Assembly: GCA_043762325.1 (NCBI GenBank) | Contig: JAYUMU010000175.1 | Coordinates: forward strand, 37,083 to 101,082 | Direction: 5' to 3' | Length of the DNA stretch: 64,000 nt | Source: Herminiimonas sp. | Lineage (GTDB): Bacteria; Pseudomonadota; Gammaproteobacteria; Burkholderiales; Burkholderiaceae_D | Part shown: positions 56,166 through 64,000 of the stretch, piece by piece | How positions within the stretch are numbered: position 1 is the stretch's first letter | How the letters are laid out: every line of letters starts with the position of its first letter | Notes under the pieces: model-generated | Database searches by the model: none | Told to the model about the DNA's origin: nothing | What the model saw: only the letters and a program-made list of their open reading frames with translations | Position numbers and translations under genes: made by a program

Positions 56166-57359
56166 TCACATACGCGCCGCGATGAGCCTGCCCAGCGTTG
56201 CCACGCCCTCGCGAATGCGCTCCGGCGAAACCGTCACGAAACTCAGGCGCAGCGTATGGTGCTGCGGCGTGCCGGCATAGAACGACGCGCCGGGGACAAA
56301 TGCCACGTTCTGCGCCAGCGCGGCGTCGAGCAACTGCATGCTGTCGATATGCTGCGGCAGCGTGACCCAGATGAACATGCCGCCTTCCGGCCGCGTCCAG
56401 TGCACGCCTGCGGGGAAAAATTCGTCGAGCGCGGCGAGCATGGCCTGGCATTGTGCTGCGTACAGCGCACGGATGCCGGGTATGTGCCTGGCCAGAAAAC
56501 CATCCTTGATCACTTCATGCACCACCATCTGCGTCAGTTGCGCCGTATGCAGGTCGGCTGCCTGCTTGGCCTGCTCGAGCTTGCGCACCAGCGGCACGGG
56601 CGCCACCACGTAGCCCAGGCGGATGCCCGGCGTGAGCACCTTCGAAAACGAGCCCATGTGGATCACGCCCTGCGGATTCATGTTCAGCATCCTCGGCAGC
56701 GGCTCGCCGCTGTAGCACAGGGCGCCGTAGGGATCGTCCTCGATGAGCGGCAGGCCGAGCGCGGCGCACGTGTCGACGAGCTGGATGCGGCGCGCCAGCG
56801 ACAGCGTGCGCCCGGTCGGATTCTGGAAGTTCGGCAGCGCATACAGCAGGCGCGCACCGGCGCCGATCGGCGCGACTGCTTCCGGAATCAGGCCGGCGTC
56901 GTCGCTGGGAATCGAGACGAACTGCGGCCCGTAGACCGAAAACGCCTGCAGGGCACCGAGGTAGCTCGGTGTCTCCACCAGCACCTTGCTGCCTTCGTCG
57001 ATCAGCACCTTGCCCAGCAGGTCGAGACCCTGTTGCGAGCCCGAAACCATCAGCACCTGTTCGGGCGTGATCGGCGCGCCGTCGATCGACAGCGAATCGG
57101 CGATCCATTCGCGCAGCGGCGCATAGCCGTCGCTGGGGCCGTACTGCAGCGCCACCTTGCCGTCGCGCGACAGCACGGTGTCGAACGCGGCGCGCATCTG
57201 CTCGACCGGGAAGGTCAGCGGCGAGGGCAGCCCGCCGGCAAATGAAATCACCTCCGGGCGCATCGTCACTTTCAGGATTTCACGGATCACCGAGCTTTGC
57301 AGCTGCTCTGCCCGCTTTGAAAAACGCCACTGGATCGGATTCGGATGTTCTGGTTTCAT
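56166..57359 (-). CDS. PLP-dependent aminotransferase, class I/II (MocR-type catalytic domain without HTH)
   Basis: ORF 56166..57359. [33 protein letters not shown] (PLP lysine). Confidence 0.85.
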   Translation of the reverse strand: MKPEHPNPIQWRFSKRAEQLQSSVIREILKVTMRPEVISFAGGLPSPLTFPVEQMRAAFDTVLSRDGKVALQYGPSDGYAPLREWIADSLSIDGAPITPEQVLMVSGSQQGLDLLGKVLIDEGSKVLVETPSYLGALQAFSVYGPQFVSIPSDDAGLIPEAVAPIGAGARLLYALPNFQNPTGRTLSLARRIQLVDTCAALGLPLIEDDPYGALCYSGEPLPRMLNMNPQGVIHMGSFSKVLTPGIRLGYVVAPVPLVRKLEQAKQAADLHTAQLTQMVVHEVIKDGFLARHIPGIRALYAAQCQAMLAALDEFFPAGVHWTRPEGGMFIWVTLPQHIDSMQLLDAALAQNVAFVPGASFYAGTPQHHTLRLSFVTVSPERIREGVATLGRLIAARM

Positions 57360-57416
57360 GCGCGCTTCATCGGTTGTCGGTCGGGATCGAATAGTTTGCC
57401 ACGAAATTGCCCTGCA

Positions 57417-57875
57417 TCACTCGATCTCGGCAATCAGTTCGATCTCGACGCAGGCGCCCATCGGTATCTGCGCCACACCGAAGGCCGAGCGCGCATGCTT
57501 GCCCTGTTCGCCGAAGACTTCGCCGAACAGTTCCGACGCACCGTTCGTCACCAGGTGCTGCTCGGTGAAGTCGGGTGTCGAATTGACCAGGCTCATGAGC
57601 TTGACGATGCGCCGCACCCGGTTCAGGTCGCCGTCGCAGGCCGCCTGCAGGGTCGCGATCAGGTCGATTGCCACGCCCCGCGCGGCCAGCTTGCCTTCTT
57701 CGGTCCCGATGTTGCGACCGAACTGGCCGACCCAGGGCTTGCCGTCTTTTTTTGCAATATGCCCGGACAGGAAAACCGTGTTGCCGATGCGCGAATGCAT
57801 CACGTAGGCTGCCGCCGGTGTCGCCACGGCCGGCAGGACGATGTCAAGGGCTGCAAGTTTTTCAGAAAAATTCAT
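57417..57875 (-). CDS. RidA/YjgF-family protein
   Basis: ORF 57417..57875. The sequence VFLSGHIA...G.....G....E.G..AAR..A..L........G.L..V.R.VK....VN.......Q..V.NGAS and the C-terminal VEIELIAEI are typical. Confidence 0.85.
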   Translation of the reverse strand: MNFSEKLAALDIVLPAVATPAAAYVMHSRIGNTVFLSGHIAKKDGKPWVGQFGRNIGTEEGKLAARGVAIDLIATLQAACDGDLNRVRRIVKLMSLVNSTPDFTEQHLVTNGASELFGEVFGEQGKHARSAFGVAQIPMGACVEIELIAEIE

Positions 57876-58117
57876 CAGGGCTCCGATTCGGTAGGTGAAG
57901 TCGCCGTGGCCAGGATGGCGACAGCGGCAGTGGGCAAGACCGGCGCCGGCGTCGATGGCCGGCCGGATCGTCGTCGATTATCGCAAATTCGTCCGGCATG
58001 TGGCTGTTCATCGCGCGACCCCGGACTTTGCGCGTTGACAAATTTGTATCAATCGCCGAACAACCGGCCACGACGTGGCGCCAGCCGCAGCCTATCCGGC
58101 GAACCGGTCGTCGCCGC

Positions 58118-58145
58118 GCTTGAAATTGCTTTTTTCATCCCAACA
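58118..58145 (+). promoter_or_regulatory. Putative sigma32 heat-shock promoter of htpG
   Basis: CTTGAAA (58118-58124), a 13-nt spacer, then CCCAACAT (58138-58145), compared with the E. coli consensus CTTGAAA-N13/14-CCCCATNT. It lies about 100 nt upstream of the htpG ATG. Confidence 0.5.
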
Positions 58146-58244
58146 TCCGGTAACACGACGCAACGATGTCCGACCCGGCCAAGACCGGGCAAACATCCGA
58201 AGCGCCGGCGCTTCCGACCCACTCAAACACTTCGAGGTAAAAAA

Positions 58245-60158
58245 ATGGCCGTAGCCGAAAAACAGACACTGGGATTCCAGGCAGAAGTCAAGCAACTGCT
58301 GCAGCTGATGATCCATTCGCTGTACTCGAACAAGGAAATCTTCCTGCGCGAACTGATCTCGAATGCCTCCGACGCAGCCGACAAGCTGCGCTTCGAAGCC
58401 ATCAACAATGCCGCCCTGTTTGAAAACGACGCCGAATTGCAGATCACCGTCGGCTTCGACAAGGCAGCGCGCACCATCACCATTGCCGACAACGGCATCG
58501 GCATGAGCCGCGACGAGGCGGTCGAGCACCTGGGCACGATCGCAAAATCGGGAACGCGCGAATTTTTCTCCAAGCTCTCCGGCGACCAGCAAAAGGATGC
58601 GGCGCTGATCGGCCAGTTCGGCGTGGGCTTCTATTCGGCCTTCATCGTGGCCGACCGCATCACGGTCGACACGCGCCGCGTCGGCACGCCGGCCGAGGAA
58701 GGCGTGCGCTGGGAATCCGAAGGCGCCGGCGACTTCACCGTCGAAGCCATCGACAAGGCGCAGCGCGGCACCACGATCACGCTGCACCTGCGTGAAGGCG
58801 AGGATGAATTCCTCTCCTCCTGGAAGTTGAAATCGACGATTCGCAAGTACTCCGACCATATCTCGCTGCCGATCCTGATGCAGAAAGAGGAATGGGACGA
58901 AGAGAAGAAAGAGACGGTCACCCGCGACGAACTGGAGACCATCAACCAGGCCAGCGCACTCTGGGCACGCAGCAAGTCCGAGATCACGCCGGAGCAGTAC
59001 ACCGAATTCTACAAGCATGTCTCGCATGATTTCGAGGCGCCCCTGACCTGGACCCACAACCGCGTCGAAGGCCGCAGCGAATACACGCAGCTGCTCTACA
59101 TTCCGGCGCGCGCACCGTTCGACCTGTGGGACCGCAACAAGCGCGGCGGCATCAAGCTGTACGTCAAGCGGGTCTTCATCATGGACGACGCCGAGCAGCT
59201 GATGCCGGTGTACCTGCGCTTCGTCAAGGGCGTGATCGATTCGAACGACCTGCCGCTGAACGTCTCGCGCGAACTGCTGCAGGAGTCGCGCGATGTCAAG
59301 GTGATCCGCGAGGGTTCGACCAAGCGCGTGCTGTCGATGCTGGAAGAACTGGCCAACGCCGACGAGCAGGAACAAAAGGACAAGTACGCCGCCTTCTGGA
59401 AGGAATTCGGCCAGGTCTTCAAGGAAGGCATCGGCGAGGATGGCGGCAACAAGGAGCGCCTGGCCAGGCTGCTGCGCTTTGCCTCGACCAACGGCGACAG
59501 CGACGTGCAGGACGTCTCGTTTGCCGATTACGTCGCGCGCATGAAGGAAGGCCAGAAAAAGATCTACTACGCCACCGGCGAAACCTATGCGGCCGCGAAG
59601 AACAGCCCGCACCTGGAAATCTTCCGCAAGAAAGGCGTCGAGGTGCTGCTGTTGACCGACCGCGTCGATGAATGGATGCTGTCGTTCCTGCAGGATTTCG
59701 AAGGCAAGGACCTGGCCTCGGTTGCCAAGGGCGGCCTCGACCTGGGCGAACTCGAAGACGAAGCCGAAAAGAAGCAGCATGAAGAAACCGAAGTGCAGTA
59801 TCAGGACCTGGTCGGCAAGATGAAGACGGCCCTGGCCGAAAAAGCCAAGGATGTGCGCATCACCTTCCGCCTCACCGATTCGCCGGCCTGCCTGGTGGCG
59901 GATGAGAACGAATTGTCAGGCAACCTGATGCGCATGCTCAAAGCCGCCGGCCAGAATGCGCCGGATGCCAAGCCGATCCTGGAAATCAATCCGGATCATC
60001 CGCTGGTGCAGCGCCTGAAATACGAGGATGCCAAGTTCGACGACTGGTCGCACATCCTGTTCGACCAGGCATTGCTGGCCGAGGGTGGTGCACTGACCGA
60101 CCCGAGCGGCTTCGTGCGGCGTCTCAACGAGATGCTGCTGGGGATGGCGAGTCGCTGA
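58245..60158 (+). CDS. htpG: Molecular chaperone HtpG (Hsp90)
   Basis: Start at ATG 58245 within ORF 57345..60158. [52 protein letters not shown] and NVSRELLQ are canonical. Confidence 0.97.
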   Translation: MAVAEKQTLGFQAEVKQLLQLMIHSLYSNKEIFLRELISNASDAADKLRFEAINNAALFENDAELQITVGFDKAARTITIADNGIGMSRDEAVEHLGTIAKSGTREFFSKLSGDQQKDAALIGQFGVGFYSAFIVADRITVDTRRVGTPAEEGVRWESEGAGDFTVEAIDKAQRGTTITLHLREGEDEFLSSWKLKSTIRKYSDHISLPILMQKEEWDEEKKETVTRDELETINQASALWARSKSEITPEQYTEFYKHVSHDFEAPLTWTHNRVEGRSEYTQLLYIPARAPFDLWDRNKRGGIKLYVKRVFIMDDAEQLMPVYLRFVKGVIDSNDLPLNVSRELLQESRDVKVIREGSTKRVLSMLEELANADEQEQKDKYAAFWKEFGQVFKEGIGEDGGNKERLARLLRFASTNGDSDVQDVSFADYVARMKEGQKKIYYATGETYAAAKNSPHLEIFRKKGVEVLLLTDRVDEWMLSFLQDFEGKDLASVAKGGLDLGELEDEAEKKQHEETEVQYQDLVGKMKTALAEKAKDVRITFRLTDSPACLVADENELSGNLMRMLKAAGQNAPDAKPILEINPDHPLVQRLKYEDAKFDDWSHILFDQALLAEGGALTDPSGFVRRLNEMLLGMASR

Positions 60159-61152
60159 CCAGCAGGCGATACAGCAGGGTTCCGTCGATCGGCTGATGAT
60201 TGCCGGCCTCGGCGGCGCGCACCAGCGCCACCATGCGGGCATTGCATGGAGCTGCGCGGCCGATCGAAGCGGCGAGCGTCACGATGGCGCCGCTCAGGTA
60301 ATCGATTTCGGTGCGGCGTGCGGCCTGCAGGTCTTCCCACATCGAGGAGCGGGCTTCGGGGTCGATGCGCAGCATGGGCGCGGCAACCCGCCGGAAGACC
60401 GCATCCGGCAGGCGCAGCACCAGCGGCAGCAGGCGCGGCCCGAGCGCCACCACCTTGGCCGGACGGATGCCCGCCGCCAGCAGAATGCTGCGGCCCTCGC
60501 CGATCAGCGCCGCCAGGCAGCAGCGGTAGGCACGCTGCGACAACTCCGCCCTGAGCGTGATGCCCGACAGCGCATTGACCGCATTGTTCAGATTGATCAG
60601 CAGCTTGCCCCACTGGACCGCCTCGAAATCAGCTTTCTGCTGCAGCGGCAGGTGTGCTGCCGCAAACAGCGGCAGCCACGGCGCCAGGAAGGATGAGGCC
60701 TGGATCATCAGCTCGCCGGCGGTGCCGCGATGCAGGCGCCCCGCGTCCAGCTGCACCACGTTGAATGGCACCATCGCCGCCAGTACCGCGTGCGCAGGCA
60801 GTGCCGCCTGCAGGCGCTGCAGGTTGCCCACGCCATTCTGCAGGCTGATCACCAGCGCATCGGCGGGCGCGTGGGTTGCAATGAGCGCGGCGGCGGCGTC
60901 CGTATCCGCACTCTTGACCGTCACCAGCACCAGGTCGGCATCGGCCAGCGCCGCATGGTCTTGCGAAAACGGGATCGCGCCCGGTGCATGCACGACCCGG
61001 TAGCCATTCAGGTCGGTCAGCGTCATGCCGAACGTGCCAAGCCGCGCCTGCATGCGCGCGCGACCGATGAGCACGACGTCGGCACCGGCGTCGAGCAGGG
61101 CGCCGCCGATGTAGCCGCCAACCGAGCCGGCGCCGAGTATGACGATCTTCAT
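60124..61152 (-). CDS. Ketopantoate reductase (ApbA/PanE) family oxidoreductase
   Basis: ORF 60124..61311, with the start placed at ATG 61150-61152 ([19 protein letters not shown]). It has a Rossmann N-terminus, a [11 protein letters not shown] block and [15 protein letters not shown]. The 3' end overlaps the htpG 3' end by 35 nt. Confidence 0.8.
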   Translation of the reverse strand: MKIVILGAGSVGGYIGGALLDAGADVVLIGRARMQARLGTFGMTLTDLNGYRVVHAPGAIPFSQDHAALADADLVLVTVKSADTDAAAALIATHAPADALVISLQNGVGNLQRLQAALPAHAVLAAMVPFNVVQLDAGRLHRGTAGELMIQASSFLAPWLPLFAAAHLPLQQKADFEAVQWGKLLINLNNAVNALSGITLRAELSQRAYRCCLAALIGEGRSILLAAGIRPAKVVALGPRLLPLVLRLPDAVFRRVAAPMLRIDPEARSSMWEDLQAARRTEIDYLSGAIVTLAASIGRAAPCNARMVALVRAAEAGNHQPIDGTLLYRLLVSDSPSPAASR

Positions 61153-61334
61153 GAGTACTGCTCCCTTTGGGTGTGCCAGGTCGGCCTGGCCTTCGTTATT
61201 TTGCTTGCCGCGCTGGTTGTCGCGCTTGTCGCTGCTTTTGTTGCCACGAATCGCAAGGACCGCGGCAGGCTGCGAGCATAAACCAGTTCCACCGGCAACT
61301 GCCGTCGACACGGTCGGCTCCGGTAAAATGCCGC

Positions 61335-62192
61335 ATGCTAATCAAACGAAAATCCATCGAGGCACAGGCCAACCGCCGTGCCGGCCCCGGCAAGCACGCC
61401 GACGAGCCCATTGTGCCGAAGGCGCCACGCAAGCCGAAATTCGCCCCGGTGACCCTGTCGGAAATGGATGGCGTGCGCTATCTGCACTTCGGTACCGAAT
61501 GGGTGCAGGGTGCGATGCGACTGCGCAAGCCCGACTGGCTCGAACTGGAATACGCGCAGCAGATGATGGCCTGGATGCTGTTCATGCAGACACCCCGCCA
61601 TGTCGTCCAGCTCGGACTCGGCACCGCAGCGCTGACGAAGTACTGCTATCGCCAGTTTCCGCAGGCGCAGGTCACGGCGATCGAACTCAATGCCGCGGTG
61701 ATCACTATCTGCGAAGCGATGTTCAAGCTGCCGCCAAACGATGCGCGCCTGCAGGTGCTGGAAATGGATGCCATGGACTTCGTCACGGCCGTGCACAACC
61801 ACGACACCGTCGACGTGCTGCAGGTCGACCTGTACGACGCCACCGCCCGCGGCCCGGTGCTCGACACGCCCGAGTTCTATGCGGCCTGCGCTGCCTGCCT
61901 GACGGCAGACGGCGTCATGACGATCAACCTGTTCGGCGACCATCCGAGCTACGCGAAGAATCTGAAAGCCATGCGGCATGCGTTTGCCGACATCATCTGC
62001 CTGCAGGAGGTACATGACGGCAACATCATCGCCCTGGCTTTCAAACAGCCGCAGGCGCTCGACCTGAGCGCCTTGCACGCACGCGCCGCAGAGATCCGGT
62101 TGCAGACGAAATTGCCGACGAAGTCCTGGTTCGCCGGTGTCGAGGCGTGGCAGGCCGGCGGCGGCTTTCAAGCAATGTTGAAGAAAAAATAG
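61335..62192 (+). CDS. Spermidine-synthase-like SAM-dependent methyltransferase-fold protein
   Basis: Start at ATG 61335 within ORF 61167..62192. VQLGLGTAALTKYC (SAM-binding Gly-rich loop), IELN..V, QVDLYD and MTINLFG resemble the spermidine synthase fold. The function is unverified. Confidence 0.65.
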   Translation: MLIKRKSIEAQANRRAGPGKHADEPIVPKAPRKPKFAPVTLSEMDGVRYLHFGTEWVQGAMRLRKPDWLELEYAQQMMAWMLFMQTPRHVVQLGLGTAALTKYCYRQFPQAQVTAIELNAAVITICEAMFKLPPNDARLQVLEMDAMDFVTAVHNHDTVDVLQVDLYDATARGPVLDTPEFYAACAACLTADGVMTINLFGDHPSYAKNLKAMRHAFADIICLQEVHDGNIIALAFKQPQALDLSALHARAAEIRLQTKLPTKSWFAGVEAWQAGGGFQAMLKKK

Positions 62193-62345
62193 GTGCATGG
62201 CGACACACTGTGGCGTGGTTGTCGCGCGCAGGGCCGGCGTCGATGCTAGTCTGGCCGCAGAGGCTGGCGTCGCGCCGGCCCACCGGCCGCCGTAGACATT
62301 GCCGGCTGCCACCGTCTCGCCACCGCTTCCGTAACAGGCCCACCA

Positions 62346-64000
62346 ATGTCCGCATCCTTGCCTGCCATCGCCGCCCGACCGAAGTCGCTCGACCTGCAGC
62401 ATGTCTTCGGCTGGCTGATGACCGATGGCATGCTGGAGCGGGCCGAGATCAAGGCGCATTACCACCGGGCACAGGAAATCTGCCGCCATTCCAAGCTCGG
62501 CCTGCATCCGCTGCTGGCCGTTGCGCAATGCAAGCTGCAGGCACGTGAGGCGCCGCACCGCCTGCTCGGCATCGACTGGCTCACCGAATGGCTGGCGGCG
62601 AAGGTCGGCCTGCCCTACTACCGCATCGATCCGCTGAAGATCGACTTCACCCGGCTGGCAGACATCATGTCGGCCACCTATGCAACCCGGTTTTCGATCC
62701 TGCCGGTCGACATCACGCCGACCGAACTGACGGTGGCCACGGCCGACCCGTTTGCCATCGGCTGGGTCGACGAGATCGCCAAGGTGTCGCGCCGCACGGT
62801 GCGGCTGGTGATCGCCAATCCGCAGGACATCGCGCAATACACGATGCAGTTCTATGCGCTGGCAAAGTCGATCAAGGGCGCCAACCGGATCTCGGGCCAG
62901 GATGCATCGCTGCGCAACAATTTCGAGCAGCTGGTCGAACTTGGCCGCAGCAACAAGCAGGTCGATGCAAACGACCAGCATATCGTCAACATCGTCGACT
63001 GGCTGTGGCAGTACGCCTTCGAGCAGCGCGCCTCCGACATCCACCTCGAACCCAAGCGCGACTTCGGCCTGATCCGCTTTCGCATCGACGGGCTGCTGCA
63101 CCAGGTGTACCAGGTGCCGGTGGTGGTGCTGATCGCCATGACGGCGCGCATCAAGCTGCTCGGCCGCATGGACGTGATCGAAAAGCGCCGGCCGCTCGAC
63201 GGTCGCGTCAAGACCCGTACCGCCGGCGGCCAGGAAGTCGAACTGCGCCTGTCGACCCTGCCGACCGTTTTCGGCGAAAAGCTGGTCATGCGCATCTTCG
63301 ATCCGGAAGTCATCGTCAAGACCCTGCCCGAGCTGGGTTTTCCGCCCGACGACGCGCAGCGCTGGGATGCTCTAACCGCCCTGCCGCACGGCATCAACCT
63401 GGTGACCGGACCGACCGGCTCCGGCAAGACCACCACGCTCTACACGACCCTGAAGTCACTGGCGACGTCGGAAGTCAATGTCTGCACGGTCGAGGACCCG
63501 ATCGAAATGGTCGAGGCATCGTTCAACCAGATGCAGGTCGCGCATGGCATCGACCTGAGTTTCGCCGATGGCGTGCGCGCGCTGATGCGGCAGGATCCCG
63601 ACATCATCATGGTGGGCGAAATCCGCGACCTGGAAACGGCGGAGATGGCGGTGCAGGCGGCACTGACCGGCCACCTGGTGCTGTCGACCCTGCATACCAA
63701 CGACGCACCCTCGGCGGTGATGCGCCTGCTGGAGCTGGGCGTGCCGCATTACCTGCTCGAAGCAACGCTGGTCGGTGTCATGGCGCAGCGCCTGGTGCGC
63801 ATGCTGTGCCCGCATTGCAAGGCGCCCGGTGGTGCGCTCAGCGACGAAGTCTGGATGACGCTTGCAGGCGCCCTGCCGATCGACCGGCCGCGAACGGTCT
63901 ATCAGCCGGTCGGTTGCGCGGAATGCCGGCAGACCGGTTTTCGCGGTCGCACCGGTCTCTACGAACTGCTGACGGTATCGCGTCCGTTCTCGGCGCTGAT
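62346..64000 (+). CDS. GspE/PilB-family type II/IV secretion ATPase (C-terminus beyond the right edge)
   Basis: Own translation from ATG 62346: MSASLPAIAARPKSLDLQHVFGWLMTDG.... It has a T2SSE_N-like segment (FSILPVDITPTELTVATADPF), then ASDIHLEP, Walker A GPTGSGKTTTLY, Asp box VEDPIE, Walker B IIMVGEIRD, His box LSTLHTNDA, and a tetracysteine CPHC...CAEC. It is not in the ORF track because it runs off the edge. Confidence 0.85.
   Translation, partial: MSASLPAIAARPKSLDLQHVFGWLMTDGMLERAEIKAHYHRAQEICRHSKLGLHPLLAVAQCKLQAREAPHRLLGIDWLTEWLAAKVGLPYYRIDPLKIDFTRLADIMSATYATRFSILPVDITPTELTVATADPFAIGWVDEIAKVSRRTVRLVIANPQDIAQYTMQFYALAKSIKGANRISGQDASLRNNFEQLVELGRSNKQVDANDQHIVNIVDWLWQYAFEQRASDIHLEPKRDFGLIRFRIDGLLHQVYQVPVVVLIAMTARIKLLGRMDVIEKRRPLDGRVKTRTAGGQEVELRLSTLPTVFGEKLVMRIFDPEVIVKTLPELGFPPDDAQRWDALTALPHGINLVTGPTGSGKTTTLYTTLKSLATSEVNVCTVEDPIEMVEASFNQMQVAHGIDLSFADGVRALMRQDPDIIMVGEIRDLETAEMAVQAALTGHLVLSTLHTNDAPSAVMRLLELGVPHYLLEATLVGVMAQRLVRMLCPHCKAPGGALSDEVWMTLAGALPIDRPRTVYQPVGCAECRQTGFRGRTGLYELLTVSRPFSAL

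Noticed and set aside
57862-58071. 69-aa minus-strand ORF in the RidA-htpG intergenic region.
   Set aside because: It has no ribosome-binding site, is Arg/Pro/Asp-rich with no recognisable motif, and overlaps the RidA 5' end and the likely promoter DNA.
57345-58244. 300-codon 5' extension of the htpG ORF (937 aa in total).
   Set aside because: The extension overlaps the oppositely oriented RidA gene and the promoter region. Conserved HtpG sequence starts at [14 protein letters not shown] (ATG 58245), preceded by a sigma32-like promoter.
58092-59780. 562-aa minus-strand ORF opposite htpG.
   Set aside because: htpG is unambiguous. The antisense product has no recognisable domain.
61338-63101. 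587-aa minus-strand ORF spanning the spermidine-synthase-like gene, an intergenic gap and the GspE-like gene.
   Set aside because: It crosses two well-supported plus-strand genes and their spacer, and its composition is shadow-like.

Overview
The window is a high-GC, densely coding chromosomal segment. Its gene content and synteny fit a betaproteobacterium of the order Burkholderiales, possibly Oxalobacteraceae; this placement is inference only, with no search run.

**Content.** I support about 60 protein-coding genes. I recognised no rRNA or tRNA genes, no CRISPR array, and no transposase, integrase or phage genes.

**Main landmark.** A 12-gene urea module, urtABCDE-ureDABCEFG (14294-25430), sits behind a sigma54-type promoter. 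Two REP-like palindromic insertions sharing a 13-nt core interrupt it.

**Other recognisable genes:**
- Cell envelope and resistance: dgkA (truncated at the left edge), an IclR regulator, a PBP7-like endopeptidase, a class C beta-lactamase without ampR, and a tartrate-dehydrogenase-like enzyme.
- PHA-related genes, scattered: phaP, phaZ and a small PHA-system protein.
- Redox: fdxA with a ferredoxin-NADP reductase, an rnfB-like ferredoxin coupled to nth, and two tandem monohaem cytochromes c.
- Housekeeping: parE, a lytic transglycosylase, parC and htpG (with a sigma32-like promoter).
- Others: a VIT-family transporter, a DUF1841 protein, a PAS-GGDEF-EAL protein, and a GspE/PilB-family ATPase truncated at the right edge.

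**Assessment.** The region reads as core chromosome, not an accessory island. I found no canonical defence or mobile system.

**Best candidates for undescribed biology (all hypotheses):**
1. An orphan LivK-type binding protein whose stop overlaps the start of an ArsB/NhaD (IT-superfamily) permease, with no ABC components nearby (30985-34908).
2. A five-gene envelope-type operon: beta-propeller, NodB-like deacetylase, fatty-acid hydroxylase, EI24-like protein and CinA-N-like protein (25438-30061).
3. A four-gene cassette joined by three consecutive ATGA overlaps: HDAC-like, EamA, thioesterase and nitroreductase (6101-9139).
4. A MoxR/VWA (CoxD/CoxE-like) pair split by a GNAT gene, beside a polytopic membrane protein of the family usually annotated as Gcr site-specific recombinase (41990-46974).
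5. A 981-aa DUF349 protein carrying an in-frame 13-unit 9-bp tandem repeat (13072-13188).

Many long ORFs in the six-frame track are antisense or out-of-frame shadows typical of GC-rich DNA, and I rejected them.
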